Positions 38,649 to 50,652 of a stretch of 64,000 nt of DNA are shown piece by piece (position 1 is the first letter of the stretch; each line of letters opens with the position of its first letter). Source of the stretch: Anthoceros angustus. Taxonomy: Eukaryota; Plantae; Anthocerotophyta. The stretch covers positions 744,001 to 808,000 of the forward strand of contig VJWM01000126.1 in NCBI GenBank assembly GCA_010909165.1. Direction: 5' to 3'. The position numbers and the translations under genes were made by a program. The notes under the pieces were generated by a model, which saw only the letters and a program-made list of their open reading frames with translations, was not told the DNA's origin and did not search any database.

Positions 38649-39584
38649 CTGCAGCTAATTCTCCATCATCAAAATACGAAGATCAAGTCCAAGAGAGAGC
38701 CGAAAGTGAGGCAGTCTCCAATCGCACAGGAGACTCCCGTCTTCTTCAAAACATTCAGCTCTCCCCGCCTGGCTCTCGGCGTTTACAGGTCTTTGGGCGG
38801 CTGGAAGGCCTCACAACAGGAGCATGACTGGTGCTTTCCCTGAATGCATTACCTTGTGGTAATGAGTTTGTTAACACCTCTTCTGGATGTGATGCAGAGT
38901 GTTGTGGCTTTAAGTTTGCTGCTAGCATATTTGCGTTGTAGCTGTAGCTGGCCAGCTATGGTGACGAAGATGTCCCTAAACTCTAAACCCTAGTTTCTGC
39001 TGCCGGGCAAGACGGATTTCCCATGTTGCATTCCGGATATTGTACAATGCCTTCTTCCAACTTTCCTCCAGTTATTTTTGCTGGGTGTTGTCAACTCTGT
39101 ACACCTAGGTACTGACACAGTGACTCTGCTCAGTGCACGCATATATTTTACATGGGTTTACCGGCCTCGTGTCATTGAAGTGGGTAATGCGCTTTCGATA
39201 AAAATTCCACGTGCGGGTTTCGTCGGTGGCTATCACCGGAAGAGCTCTGTACGCGTACAGCACCTCCTCACAGCTCGGTCTCCGATCTTCGATCTCCTCC
39301 TGTCGTCACCTGCAGTCCTTCACCGCGCTGCCCTTGTGCTGAGCTGAGCCACTGTCCGGCTGCACAGTATCTCGTCACGAGCCCCTTGGACGGAGCTGCG
39401 CAAGTGCCGCATTATTGGTTGCTTCACGCTCAGCTCCACAAGCGTCTGCGGATTCCGCCTTGTCCTTCGCATTCTGGTGTGCTGTTGTGGTGGCCTTCGG
39501 TGAATGTGACTAGCCGATGGAGATGGCGGCGTAGTGCATGGACTTGAGTATTGTTGTTGTTGCGCGCGTACTGAGCTGGCGTAG

Positions 39585-42500
39585 CCACTATTAGCGACAA
39601 GGGAAGCCAAAACGGCGTGGAAACGGGAGAATCTGCGGGTCAATCTTTCCTCTGCTCGGTCTATCGAGGAGACAGGCTTGGACTCGTTGCTGAATGGAGG
39701 CGGAAGTCATTTCTTCACACCGCATGAGACGTTTAAAGCGGCTCAAAAAGCCTCGAGCAAGGCCTCGGAAGAGAGCCTTGTGAGAGACGGCACTGGATCG
39801 GGCACCGGGCACCAGCGGGCCCGAGAGTTGTTTTTTGATGCATCTGAATCTATTAAGTCGGATGCGCAATGTAGCAAGCATGCAGCTACCAGTGAGCATG
39901 GGAAGGGGGGTAGAAAGCGGGCCAGAAAACCGAGGGCTGGTACCGCTGATCCGGAAAATGAGGTAAGGACTGGGGACGGAGCGTCAGCTGAGGATGGTGT
40001 GCAGCTGGAGGATCTGACTGTGCCTGCGAGTAGAACGGAGGAGAGAGGAAAAGATGGTGCGAGCTCGAGGAAGAGCAAAATCCCTGTCAGCAAGCTTCCA
40101 GGGGCTTTCAGAAATGTAGGTGTGCAGGTGAACCTGGGGGCGCGGGCTACTAGGACTGTAAGCATGGTTCAGCAAGTGGAGTCAGGAGCAGGGCTGATAG
40201 GTGTGGGAGAAGAAGGGAGAGTTCTCTACGATGAGGCAGAGTCCTCCGCAACCTCGTCATCTTCTGGTGTTCAAAGGGGTATTGAGGTTGATAGTCCTTC
40301 AGTTGGCTTGGATGGAACGGTGGAGGCAGCAGTGCTTTCCAATAACCAAGGTGATGAAGGTGCACAAGGTCCTAACACCGTTGCTGCCAGCTTGGGCCAT
40401 GGAAGAATGCCACTGGACCCGATGGATGCTTTCATGCCTGCGAACTTTGTACCGGTGGTTTGCCCTGTCACGGATCCACCAGATGTTAATCTGACTCCTG
40501 AAAGTTCGCCTACAATTGGAGCTCGGACCAGGTGGCGACGGCTTAGGCACACTGTGGCTTTTGCTACTCATATGGCCAATATCAGAGCTGCCTCCAGTGA
40601 TTTGCTCGAGAACAGGGGGGGTGGTACAGCTGCGTTTGAGGGGGCAGACACAGTTGCAGCTCGGTGGAGGCCTAGGGGTAGACAAGGCATGGAGAGCATG
40701 ATAGTCAGACAGGAAAAGAGTTTCCTTTCATTTTTTCAAGACTTCTATGTCGCTTGCTTGAAGGTTCGTTATTCTGCGCAAGTTCACTTGGGATGGCTAT
40801 TGGACAAGGATAAAAAGTAAGTTGCTTCAGTTGTATGCAGATGCCTATCAATCATTTCCTTATCGCCGTCTTCCTTGCACCTGTTGCATTGGGATTGTTC
40901 TTCACCCCATTCTATTTACTGGATACCGCTGGACTTAACTTTGACGAAGCCAACAAGAACGATCACAGTGAAAGCCAAGTGCAATCAGCAAGGCAAACAG
41001 TTTCTATTGTTGTGAATGTATTTCTTTATGCGTAAGTAAGATTGTCCTTTGGCAATTGCAATGGCATGGACTTGTTCAAATGTGTTTAAACAACTATTAT
41101 GTGACTGGAATCGATTGGCAGCTGCTGGAGAGTCTGACAGATTGGTTGGATTGCAGATTATCATTGTCCACGACCTTTGGAGGTTCTCCAGTTACTGCTT
41201 TCTCACCATTTTGTCTTCTTGTCGGAAATGTGAACACTCTTTTGGCACAATTCTTGTTTGTGTTCCTCAGTGGGGCTGGTGAGTCGGAGATGACCACTTT
41301 AGCTCTGTCTCAGTTTCTAGGCAAGCTTACAGCCTGCCCAGCTGAGAACGGAGACCCTGGGATATGTATTGTGCAGTTTTTGCCCGCATGTCACAACCGT
41401 CTCACCCTGTGCGCTGCTCAAAGAAAGCTGTGATCAGGGAAGGTGACTTTGTGCCTTCAGTTGACGATACGAAAGAGAGATTCCGGTAAGCTTTTTGTGA
41501 CATGACAGATCTTTTGACCTAGCTGCCGTGCCAGCAATCTGGTAGTCGAGTAAATGTCTGCTGTCTCGTCCAACCTTGTTTCAGAGTTTTGGCAGTACGT
41601 TTAGTGCTCACTGGGCCACCGCCGTGCGAGCTGGTGGATGCAAAGATTTGCCTCATTTTCAGGATATTTATCAAGCTTCCAACAGGTTCTATGTTTTGCA
41701 CCACACAGAACCTGAACCTTCTCCGCTCAGAGGTGAGTTGCATGGTTCCTGGGCTTTACACATAGCTACATCAGCGCGTGATGCTTAGAGCCTCAGAATG
41801 ATTGTCCTTGACAGGTGTCCTATTTGCGGTACGGTATCATGGTACGCCATGTAATCGACAGAGACAGCCCTGTTTACGGGTATACCATGAAAACTCTGGA
41901 GGACGGAGATGCCTCGTTCTCCTTGACTATTATGGCTTTGGAACGCACCTCAATGCAACCCATCTTTCATTTGGAGGTGCAGTTTCTGTTCGAGCTTTCT
42001 CTTGCACGAATTATCCTGGAAACTTGGGCAGCTGATGTTTCTTGGGCCATCCTGTCCAGGACTACTTTGTACATGACGGTGATGTAGTGTGGGATGGAGA
42101 CTACGAGGACTTCATAACCCTGAACCCCAAAGGTCAAAGGGTCCTTGATCACTCGAAGATCGACGCTCTGAGACCATTCAAGGTGCCCAGATAAACTGTC
42201 TTTCAACACTTGCGTTCGACCGGTCTTCCCTCACCAGAGAATGACTTGGTGCCTGCTGTCCTGCAGGTCGCGGGCATTGTTAGTCAGGCCATCACCAGAA
42301 TGGAAGGGAATGTGGCCAAGCGCAAGGAGCAGGATGCCGGGAACTCCAAAGTGCCGTCGGCTAATTCCGAGCCCACTGCTGCTGCAGCTGCTCATCAGGA
42401 ACCTTCTCAAGGAGATTTCGCTTTAGAGCAGAAGGTTCTGAACAGGTGGGTGAGTGGGCTTCGAAACCGAAAGCTGTGGGAGATCAAATCCTCGTCCTTC

Positions 42501-42599
42501 ACCAGGGCACCCAGTGATCATGCAGTCCGGTTTCAATCGACACCCCGACCTAAGCCCCCTGAAATGATAGCGGAAGCGGATTCAGGGACAGGCAGCTAG
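39585..42599 (+). CDS. Inward-rectifier (Kir/IRK, KirBac-like fold) ion channel with long disordered N-terminus; 5' start uncertain. Exons ~39585-40763, 40841-41031, 41157-41278, 41377-41486, 41585-41732, 41816-41976, 42060-42182, 42267-42599
   Basis: The spliced product has a slide helix (FFQDFYVACLKMP), M1, pore helix/filter VFLYALSLSTTFGGSP and M2 ending GAVFARMSQP. The cytoplasmic domain follows with VRCSKKAVI, LAVRL, LVDAKI, MVRHVIDRDSPVYG, FSLTIMALERTSMQ and DVVWDGDYEDFI, colinear with Kir2/KirBac motifs (GAVMAKMAKP, FSHNAVI, IVHEIDEDSPLY, EILWGHRYEP). Confidence 0.85.
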
Positions 42600-42838
42600 T
42601 AAGGCACTGCTGACCTTCATGATTCCGATAGTTTACGATTCAAAAAATGGCAAACGGTCCTGTGGTAGGCTAATGACACAGTTTCTCTTGACTGATCTAG
42701 CAGGCCTACACACCCTCCGTGAAGACTGATGGAGAATAAAATCGCCTCTCCCGGTAATACGAGAGCAACTAAATGACGAGCCGAAGCATGTGGGCATGTA
42801 CAGGACCTCTCCCGTACAGCAAGGACACGAAACATGTA

Positions 42839-44346
42839 TCAATTCTTGATCAGCTTCTGCGGAGGGTGTGCTTGACCCTGCACCGGCTCCTGCCGCCGTT
42901 TCCTCGAGACGTGGGGATCTATCGACCGCGCCCGGCTGTAGTTGAATTGCGCCAAGGATGCATCTACTTCTGGATGCTCCGCAAGAAACCTGAAGGCAGC
43001 CAACATCAGAAGCTTCCAAATGGCCAACAGAGACTCAGCCTAAAGTGATCTGCAAAGGGTAGGATTGCAGCCGAAAACTCACTTGATTACGTCATTCATC
43101 GACCTAAGCGTCTTGCCATCAGGAGTGACGTAGTACCTGCATCCAAAATTCGCGCGTTTAGGCAAATATGTACTGCAACACGAGAGATGTGAAAGAGATG
43201 ACAGTGGAGGGAAGCTTACACGTCTGAGAATATGGTTGAGCCTTCCCCGCGGATGACAACCTTTCTCTCCCAACCAGGAGGGGGCTGAGCGATATTGGAC
43301 TTGTCTATCGCCCACACGAAGCCCACATCACCGAGGGAGATTTCTGCTTCCTGGGCGCAGGAGGAGCCGGGGCTCCATTGGTCCGCATATTCACACCTAA
43401 AAGGATGCCTCGAGTTCATCGCCCTGATGTACTCGTATACCTGCTGGTTGGGAGCCCACCTCCACTTGCCGCATTCACAGCACTGCACAATGTAGGAGCC
43501 AACAGTGCAAGCCGGCCGGCGGGGGCCATCGTGCAGAGTCCGGATGTTCTTCCCGCTGCCAGTACCTGGAGCTGGCCGCACTGCTTGCAGACTGAAACCT
43601 GGGCCGCTCCCCCCTGGTTCTCTTGCGGCCAGAGGCATGGGGGTCGCCTGCGATAATGGATGACTGATGATGGCTCCCTGAGAAGCTCCATTCTGAAATC
43701 CTGAGGAAGCTCCAAGCTGCCCCCACTCTGCCGCAGCCTTGGCGAGGGCCACTTCCCGGCATGCTGCAGCCTCGGGCCCCACGGCTGCTGTTCCATAGAT
43801 CACCTCTGCCTTGGGAACAACCAGCACCTTCTCCTTCTCCTTCTCCTTCGCCCGAACCATCACCATCCCAGCAACAGCATGATGTGCACTCCACCCCGGC
43901 CCCTGCTGCAGCACGGCATCTGGAAACAAATGCCGATTCCCATTCTGGGGAGTAATCGGACTCCTACCTGCAGGCTTCCCATCCAGCAGCGCAGCTGGTG
44001 GAGGCTTGACAGAAGAATCGGACGACTCATCATCCGAGATGCAGATCACCTCCCTGCCATCCACCCTGGGACTCGGAACTGGCAGCCCCATCTCCATCAC
44101 TACATCCTCTGCGGGTGCCACCAAGCCCGGTGCCGGGCCCATCTCTCCATCCCCCTGCCCAATAGCAGAATCAACTTCCTCCATGGACAGCCCCATCTCC
44201 ACATCCTCCTCCTCCACTGACAAGCACTCCGTTTTCACCTTCACCGAACTCAGAGCAACCAAATGCCCGCCTGCAGCAGACTGCTCAGCCATGGCCCCCG
44301 GCCCCTTTCCGCCACTCACCAACCTCCCAGCTTCAGCAACCCACAT
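42839..44346 (-). CDS. Methyl-CpG-binding domain protein with CW-type zinc finger (MBD1/2/4-like), 3 coding exons
   Basis: The zf-CW reads YIVQCCECGKWRW...PFRC...SC. The MBD reads WAIDKSNIAQPPPGWERKVVIRGEGSTIFSDV|YYVTPDGKTLRSMNDVIK|FLAEHPE. The start is ATG 44346 or 44292. Confidence 0.88.
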
Positions 44347-44820
44347 TCAAGAGCTGCCCTGCCCAGGATACCTGCACGTCCCGTCTGCAGTACCCCACAC
44401 ATCGTGACAATCACACACCTCACTCTCCAAGCACAAGCCTACAGTAGTCGCTCAGCAACGCTATCCGCAACCAAAGTGCGCAAATTGCACTACACCTCTG
44501 CAGCATTGGGGCTGTAAGTGGAGGGAGGGAAGACATGGAGGCTCTCGGGTTCCGGTTCCCGGTTTCCCAGACTGTCAGTGTCTCTACTCCCCGGCTGGCA
44601 TGGTCTGGGATAGGCAATTCTACTGCTTCCATAGCTACTCCTGCATACATGGGTATCCGGGACAGGATTCTTAGCATCATGATTTCTCACCCGCTTACTT
44701 ATTGCTCTCCGTGCTACACATCTCCCAAGCTGAAGCTCCCCCAACGCCCCACGGTATCCGGAGCCTGCACCCTGCATCCCTTTCAAAGTCAGTACACCGC
44801 GCAGGTGCCACGCACTTGGC

Positions 44821-45717
44821 CTCCATTATTACTCTCATTCACATTATAATCCATGGTCAATGTCATCACGCCAACACACACTTTCATATTTGCAATTATC
44901 TCGGAAGCGTATCTATCCACGCATATGCAGATCATCTACTAAGGCTAGAAGAAGTCTAGAAAATAGAAGTTCATCATATATAAACTAATCATACAAATTC
45001 ACTCCAATAAAACAATAATTCATATGAAAGAAGAGATCAAACATGACGTACTCGTAAAAATAAAACCCTCAAAAACTGATCAACAACAAAACCAAGAAGA
45101 TGTTGGAGGATGAATTGGCCGGACACCACTCTACATATATACGGAAAAATTTGAGATCGTTTCGATGACCAAATGATTTTTTTCGAGGATAGTGTCTTAA
45201 GTTATAAAATTTACATATAAATCTTAATCCAAAAAAAATAAATGTTGAAAAACTTGAGACAAACATTGCACTTTATTGAATTTTTATACAAATATGTATC
45301 CTTCATTGCAAATTTTGATTCCCGAATTTATTATTTTTTATCATCCCTCATGGAGTGTCTTGCTAAAGCTGTCAAATTGTGGTGCATATTAATTTCGGGC
45401 ATTATCTCTCCTTCCATGCACAGGACCTCCATTATTTTCACATTCATATTATAATCGATAGTCCATGTCCTAACATCAACACATTTCTCATTTGCAATTA
45501 TCTGTGAAGCATATCTATCGAGGCATATGCATATGATCTACCAAGACTATAAGTCTAGAAAATAAAAGTTCATCACATAAACTAATTATACAAATTCACT
45601 TCAATAAAAAAAATAATTCATATGGAAGAAGAGATCGAAATGTGACGTACTAACAAAAATAAATCCCACAAAAACTAATCAATAACAAAACCAAGAAGAT
45701 TTTGGAGGATGAATTGG
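44821..45717. repeat. Diverged ~295-bp direct repeat pair (44821-45118 and 45427-45717)
   Basis: Shared anchors are ctccattatt, tttgcaattatct, aagtctagaaaata.aagttcatca, acaaattcact and aacaaaaccaagaagat.ttggaggatgaattgg. Confidence 0.85.
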
Positions 45718-47782
45718 TTGATTATGGCATACCAAAGAGGACAGAGGGGACGAATATTTTTTCTCTGCCGCAAAACTTTTGGTGTCTGGTTTGGTAACCC
45801 GACCGAAATGGGGTAGCCCAAAGGACTAAAGCGCCACTGCGTCACCGAAGACGGAAAGGGAACTTTAGGGTTTTTTTCCCCACACTCACGTGTGTTTTTC
45901 TCGCCAAGACGCATCAAGAAATTTTTTCCGGCCGAACGCTCCTTTAGGGTGCGCTAGGTGGCATAGGCAAGCCACCGCCCGCTTTTAGGTTCATGTCCCA
46001 AGAGGTGGGCGCATGGTTTAGGCGGCAAAACACCGATTGGCGTCTGGCGCCCACACGCACTGTGGGGCCAGGCGGGCACGGACGGGGCAAAGGGGCGAGG
46101 CCCGATGCGGGCGGCGGCGACGAGGTGCGAGGCAAGCGTGTCGCAGCGCGGCGGCGCGGCGTTGCGGGCCCGGCGCGCGCGGCGGCGGCGTGTGCAGGCG
46201 CTTTGCTGCCAGCGCTCACCGGGACCGGGCGCGGCACGCAGCGGGCGGCGGGCTGCAATGGGCGAGGCACGGGCGGCGGGCTGCGTCGGGCCTTGGGACC
46301 GAGGCGGAACGAGGGACGAGGCGCGGCGGTGGGCCTTCAATCGCCGATGGATCGGACGCTGGCGGGCCTGCAGTGGCGAGGGACGAGGCGGGCGGTGAAG
46401 GGAAGGCGAGAAGGCGGGTGAAGGGAAGGAGCGGGCGGGTGAAGGGAAGGAAGAAGGCGGTGGGAAGGGAAGGCGAGGCGGGCGGGCGGGCAGGCGGGCG
46501 GGCGGCCGCAGCGAGGCGGGGGCAACGGATGCGGTGTGTGCGGGCGGGGCGCAGCTGCGTGGCGGGCTGCGAGGAGGAGGCACCCATGGTATCAGCCCTC
46601 CCATCCTCGCACTCAATGTGGAATATGAAAGTTTGGGCACTCTACTTTTTGGATCAAAAGGATCAAACTAGAGCAAAACTAGAGCAGAGTAAGCGAACGG
46701 AGAGAATTGAAGTGAAGTGGAAGAGAATTGTCAGAAGATCTTGAGGCAATTTGTTGGAGAATGAGGAGTAGAGGGTGAAGGCAATTAAACCAAGAAAGTA
46801 GCTTGAGGTTGCTGCACAAGCAGTTGTTGATAGGCTTGCAGAGGCAAAGGCCTGATTATTGGGGGCCACCACCTAGTTTAAGGGGAAGGCAAAAGTAATT
46901 TGCCACACATGTGGAAGAAGTGAGACATGGGCAGGTGCTCATATTGCTGAGATTTTGCAGCAAGGAGGACTGCTAGGTAGAGATGTGTGGCGGTTGCTGG
47001 AAGATGGGCCAAGTGCCGTAATGGTGGAATTGTGCAGGATGCATTGCGGGGCTCTAGGCTGGGAGCTCGATGCATGCGAGAGAGGAGAAGCAATTGGTGC
47101 AAGGATGGGAGCGAGGAGCTCATGTTCGTGGTGAGCAGCCACAAGGGTTGCAAGAGGAGGCCATGGCGGTGCCGAGGCACATGGAAGATCTCTCAATGGA
47201 GTCACGATGTGAGGATGGCCGTGTGTTGAACTAGGAAAGGCCAGTGGTAGAGCACTCACTTTGAATTTGTAGCGGGCTGCAAGATGGAGGTGTGGCCAAA
47301 CCATAGGAAGGCAGTGTTGCAGGTGGGCTGCAACATGGTGAAGGGATCACAACGGGGTGTGCATCATGACGGCGGAATTTGCAGTGGGGCTGCAAGTCAA
47401 AGTGAAGGGAGGCCGTTGTGGTGGCCGCGAGGAGAATTGGGCTGCAAGGAGGGTTGATACGAGATGGAGTTGAGGCGTGAGGAGTTCACCGGGGAATAAA
47501 TCCACTTTATTCAGGTTGAGTGTTGTGTAGCCAATTTGGTGTGTTGGATAGTGAAGTGTAAGAACTCTAGAGACAAGCCCCTTAGGGGCGGATCAGTACT
47601 GAGATGGGGTGCCTTTTGTGTGAGGTGTTTCAGCTTATTATATGTGCAGAAGTCACATGAGAGCTAACTGGGAGAGTGTTTGAGTGGTGCACCCTACGCG
47701 GAGGAGGTGTAGGGTGGTAGTGGACGTAGGGCATGGCACTCCCCCTCTGAGGGAGGTGCGAGTAGGTGTAGAAGGTGTGTAT

Positions 47783-47836
47783 TGTATGTATGTATGTATG
47801 TATGTATGTATGTATGTATGTATGTATGTATGTATG

Positions 47837-47872
<36 letters not shown>
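47783..47872. repeat. Compound microsatellite (TGTA)n(TA)n
   Basis: Seen directly in the sequence. Confidence 0.97.
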
Positions 47873-47877
<5 letters not shown>

Positions 47878-47931
47878 TATATATTATGTATGTGGGTAGG
47901 ACGGTCCATAAGTAGGGGCACTGTCCCTACC

Positions 47932-48478
47932 GATGTAGGGAACAAGGTAGGGAACAAGTAGGGGACAGAGATGCGGGTAGTATGTAGGGTGACCAGGGTG
48001 GCCACATGGGTAGGATGTAGGGTAGCGGGGGCTCCCTCGGGCATTAGTTAGGTAGGTAGATCGATGTAGGGTGTAGGGAACAAGTAGGATGAGAGATGCG
48101 GTAGTATGTAGGGTGACTGTGGTGGCCCTACATGGGATGTATAGGGTGTGGCTCACGCATTAGTTAGGTAGGTAGATCGATGTAGGGAACAAGGTAGGGA
48201 ACAAGTAGGGGACAGAGATGCGGGTAGTATGTAGGGTGACCAGGGTGGCCCTATATGGGTAGGATGTAGGGTAGCAGGGGCTCCCTACGGGCATTAGTTA
48301 GGTAGGTAGATAGGTAGGATGAGAGTTTCTCCCTACCGTAGGGAGTGGCGAGGTCTCCCTACCATAGGGAGTGGTGAGGTCTCCATTAGTTAGGTAGGTA
48401 GATAGGTAGGATGAGAGTTTCTCCCTACCGTAGGGAGTGGCGAGGTTTTCCTACCTTAGGGAGTGGTGAGGTCTCCCT
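47932..48478. repeat. Nested G-rich tandem repeats: ~115-135-bp unit x3, then ~92-bp unit x2
   Basis: Recurrent blocks are gtagggaacaagtagg, gagatgcgggtagtatgtagggtgac, cattagttaggtaggtagat and tagggagtgg.gaggtctcc. Confidence 0.85.
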
Positions 48479-50652
48479 AAGTGGGCAACGGAGGTCCAGA
48501 TAAGGCAGGTACAAACCTAGAAAGTTGCTAAAGAGGACTACATAGGCAAGGTTGTGGATAAATAGGGTATATTAGGAATAGAACATAAATATGTGGGGTA
48601 GGTAGTGTAGGGTGCTTTTATGAGGACGGTGGAAATGGTGCCACATGGCAAGGAATCAACAACGGCCTATATCAAGGAGTTTCACTGTCACTACCAAAGG
48701 GCCATGCAAGCGGGTGTGTGGGGCACTGGCACCTCAAGCCCCAGGGTCCGGAGGAAGAGCTTGTGCATGCGGGAAAGCTAGGGCAAGGACTTGGTGAGAA
48801 TGCGGTGCCTATGTGTGTGCAAGGAGAAGGAGGTGTGCGTGCATGGAGTTGTGTGAAGGGATTTGAAGCACAACTGGAAGAGGCAGCGCTGAATTTTGTG
48901 CCTAGGACCTTGCAAGGGAGAGATTTGGGCGCACATAAGGAGTCAGCTGTGAGGACATCAAGTTTGAGCTAGGTGGAGCGGGAGTGAAGAGGAAGTAAGG
49001 GAAAGGGCTGAAGTTGCTCTCTTGGTGGATTTTGTGTGTGGCAGTGAAGAAAGCTCGCAATTGTGTGTGTAGAAACCGAGGTGACAACTAGGTAGAAACG
49101 AGCAAGTGGGTGTGCCCAAGCTTGTCTTGTTTGTGCTTATCTTGAAGGGTGCAAGATGGTGAAAGGCCGCACCTAAGAAGGCAAGCTGGTTGCTAGGGAG
49201 CTGTGGAGAATGCATGCAGATGGTGCTTCCTGCATGTGGAGGCTAGGCACTTGGTGGCATTCGAGATGGTTTCAACTGACAGCCCAACACATCCGGCTGT
49301 ATATGGAAGGCCGAGGATGACTCGAGGAGGAAGAGGAAGGCATGGAGCAAGATCCGCTCACGGAGACCTTCTGCGGTGGAGGTGTGTGGAGGCGGTAGGG
49401 CGTAAGAATTGACTCACATACATCCGGGGAGGTGTAAGAAGTTGACCCTCGTCCGTGAGGGTGTGAAGTTGACTCCCACGTCGTAGGAGGTGTGAAGTTG
49501 ACCTCACGTCCGTGAGGAGGTGTGAGAGGTGGCCCCACATCCGTAGGATCACCAGGCAGCGACGCGCTGTGAGATGCCGGAGGTAATTGAAGGGGTTGGT
49601 AGCTTGAGCAGTGTGAGCTCGTTGCTGAAAATATTGGGCGTGGGATGGTGTGTGTGAGGAAATTGTGGAGGGATGGAGCGAACCACGGAAGAGCATGGGT
49701 CTCTTCTCCACCAAGCTTAGATTTCATGATGTGGAGTGTGTGGCCTCGGAGGAGCCAAATGGAATAGTGCGGAGCAACGTTATGGAGTCAATGCGCGAGG
49801 CAAGTGGAGGATTTATGGTAGATTGGTTAGGATTTGGAGTGAGAACTCTTAGGATTTTGGCGCTGTGATTGTTTGTTACTCATTGTTAAAATAGGAGATT
49901 GGAGAGTTTTCTAGTGATTGTCATGATGACTGAAAGAGTGGGTAGTGATTTTAATGCTGGCTGGCGGCTATTAGTTTATAAAGTGGTTGAGGAAGAACGA
50001 GTGGAAAATGGGGAGGTGTGGCCAAGGAGGCCTTGTATGAGCCCTATATAAGGGGCAGGTTTTGAAAGAAAAATATCGTCTTGCTGGCTCCCAAACTCAG
50101 GTCCTTTGCTCCTTGTAGAGGATTTAATTGCTAACGCGATTGTCCGTAGAGAGGAGTTTGCGGTGGTCGGAGTGCTTGGCGGAGGGCTCGGCTCCTGCGG
50201 GCGCTCTGGTGTTACCCTTGTGAATGGTTCGTGAAATTGCTTTGCTTTGGGTGTGTGGCGATGCCCAAGGAACTCTCGAGGGTAGACTTGGAAAGACTCA
50301 CAGGTTCTCATTGTAGGTGCAAACTCATAGCAACGCCCAAGGAAGAACTTGTTGGCTTGTAGGCGACAGCCCAGGCGGCCGTGAGGGCGAGCTAGGGCCA
50401 TTGAGCTAAGGTTAGATTAGGAGGATGAGGAGTTGAGTTGAGGTGAGTGTTGGAGGAGAATGTGGGCTGAATGTTGAGTAAAGGGTAGGTAGAGATTAGG
50501 AGTGAAGAGGCCCAAGTCGGAGCCTAGGAGGTCTCGCTCACGGGCTGCATAAGCGTTCAAGACACGGACAAACTATGTGTAAAAAGCGTTCACAATAACG
50601 CACCCTTTTAAACAAACCTACACATACGCGCATCTTAAGACTATTCAAAAAC

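Larger units (their letters stand above)
45740..50535. mobile_element. Unclassified large repeat/TE-derived block with strong G skew on the + strand; apparently continues at 59267-60100 beyond the Gypsy insertion
   Basis: It includes a very GC-rich patch (46000-46580), microsatellites, nested tandem repeats and gtccgtgagg.gtgtgaagttgac repeats (49425-49530). It has no credible host ORF, and similar composition resumes after 59267. Confidence 0.45.

Noticed and set aside
38974-38993. Interstitial telomere repeat (ccctaaactctaaaccctag)
   Set aside because: Only ~2.5 degenerate units are present, so it is at most a telo-box.
45944-46744. Multiple overlapping 100-235-aa Arg/Gly/Ala/Pro-rich ORFs
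   Set aside because: Stop-codon depletion in very GC-rich repeat DNA explains them, and there are no domain motifs.
47684-47899. ORF with YVCM/YI repeats
   Set aside because: It is simply the translation of the (TGTA)n(TA)n microsatellite.
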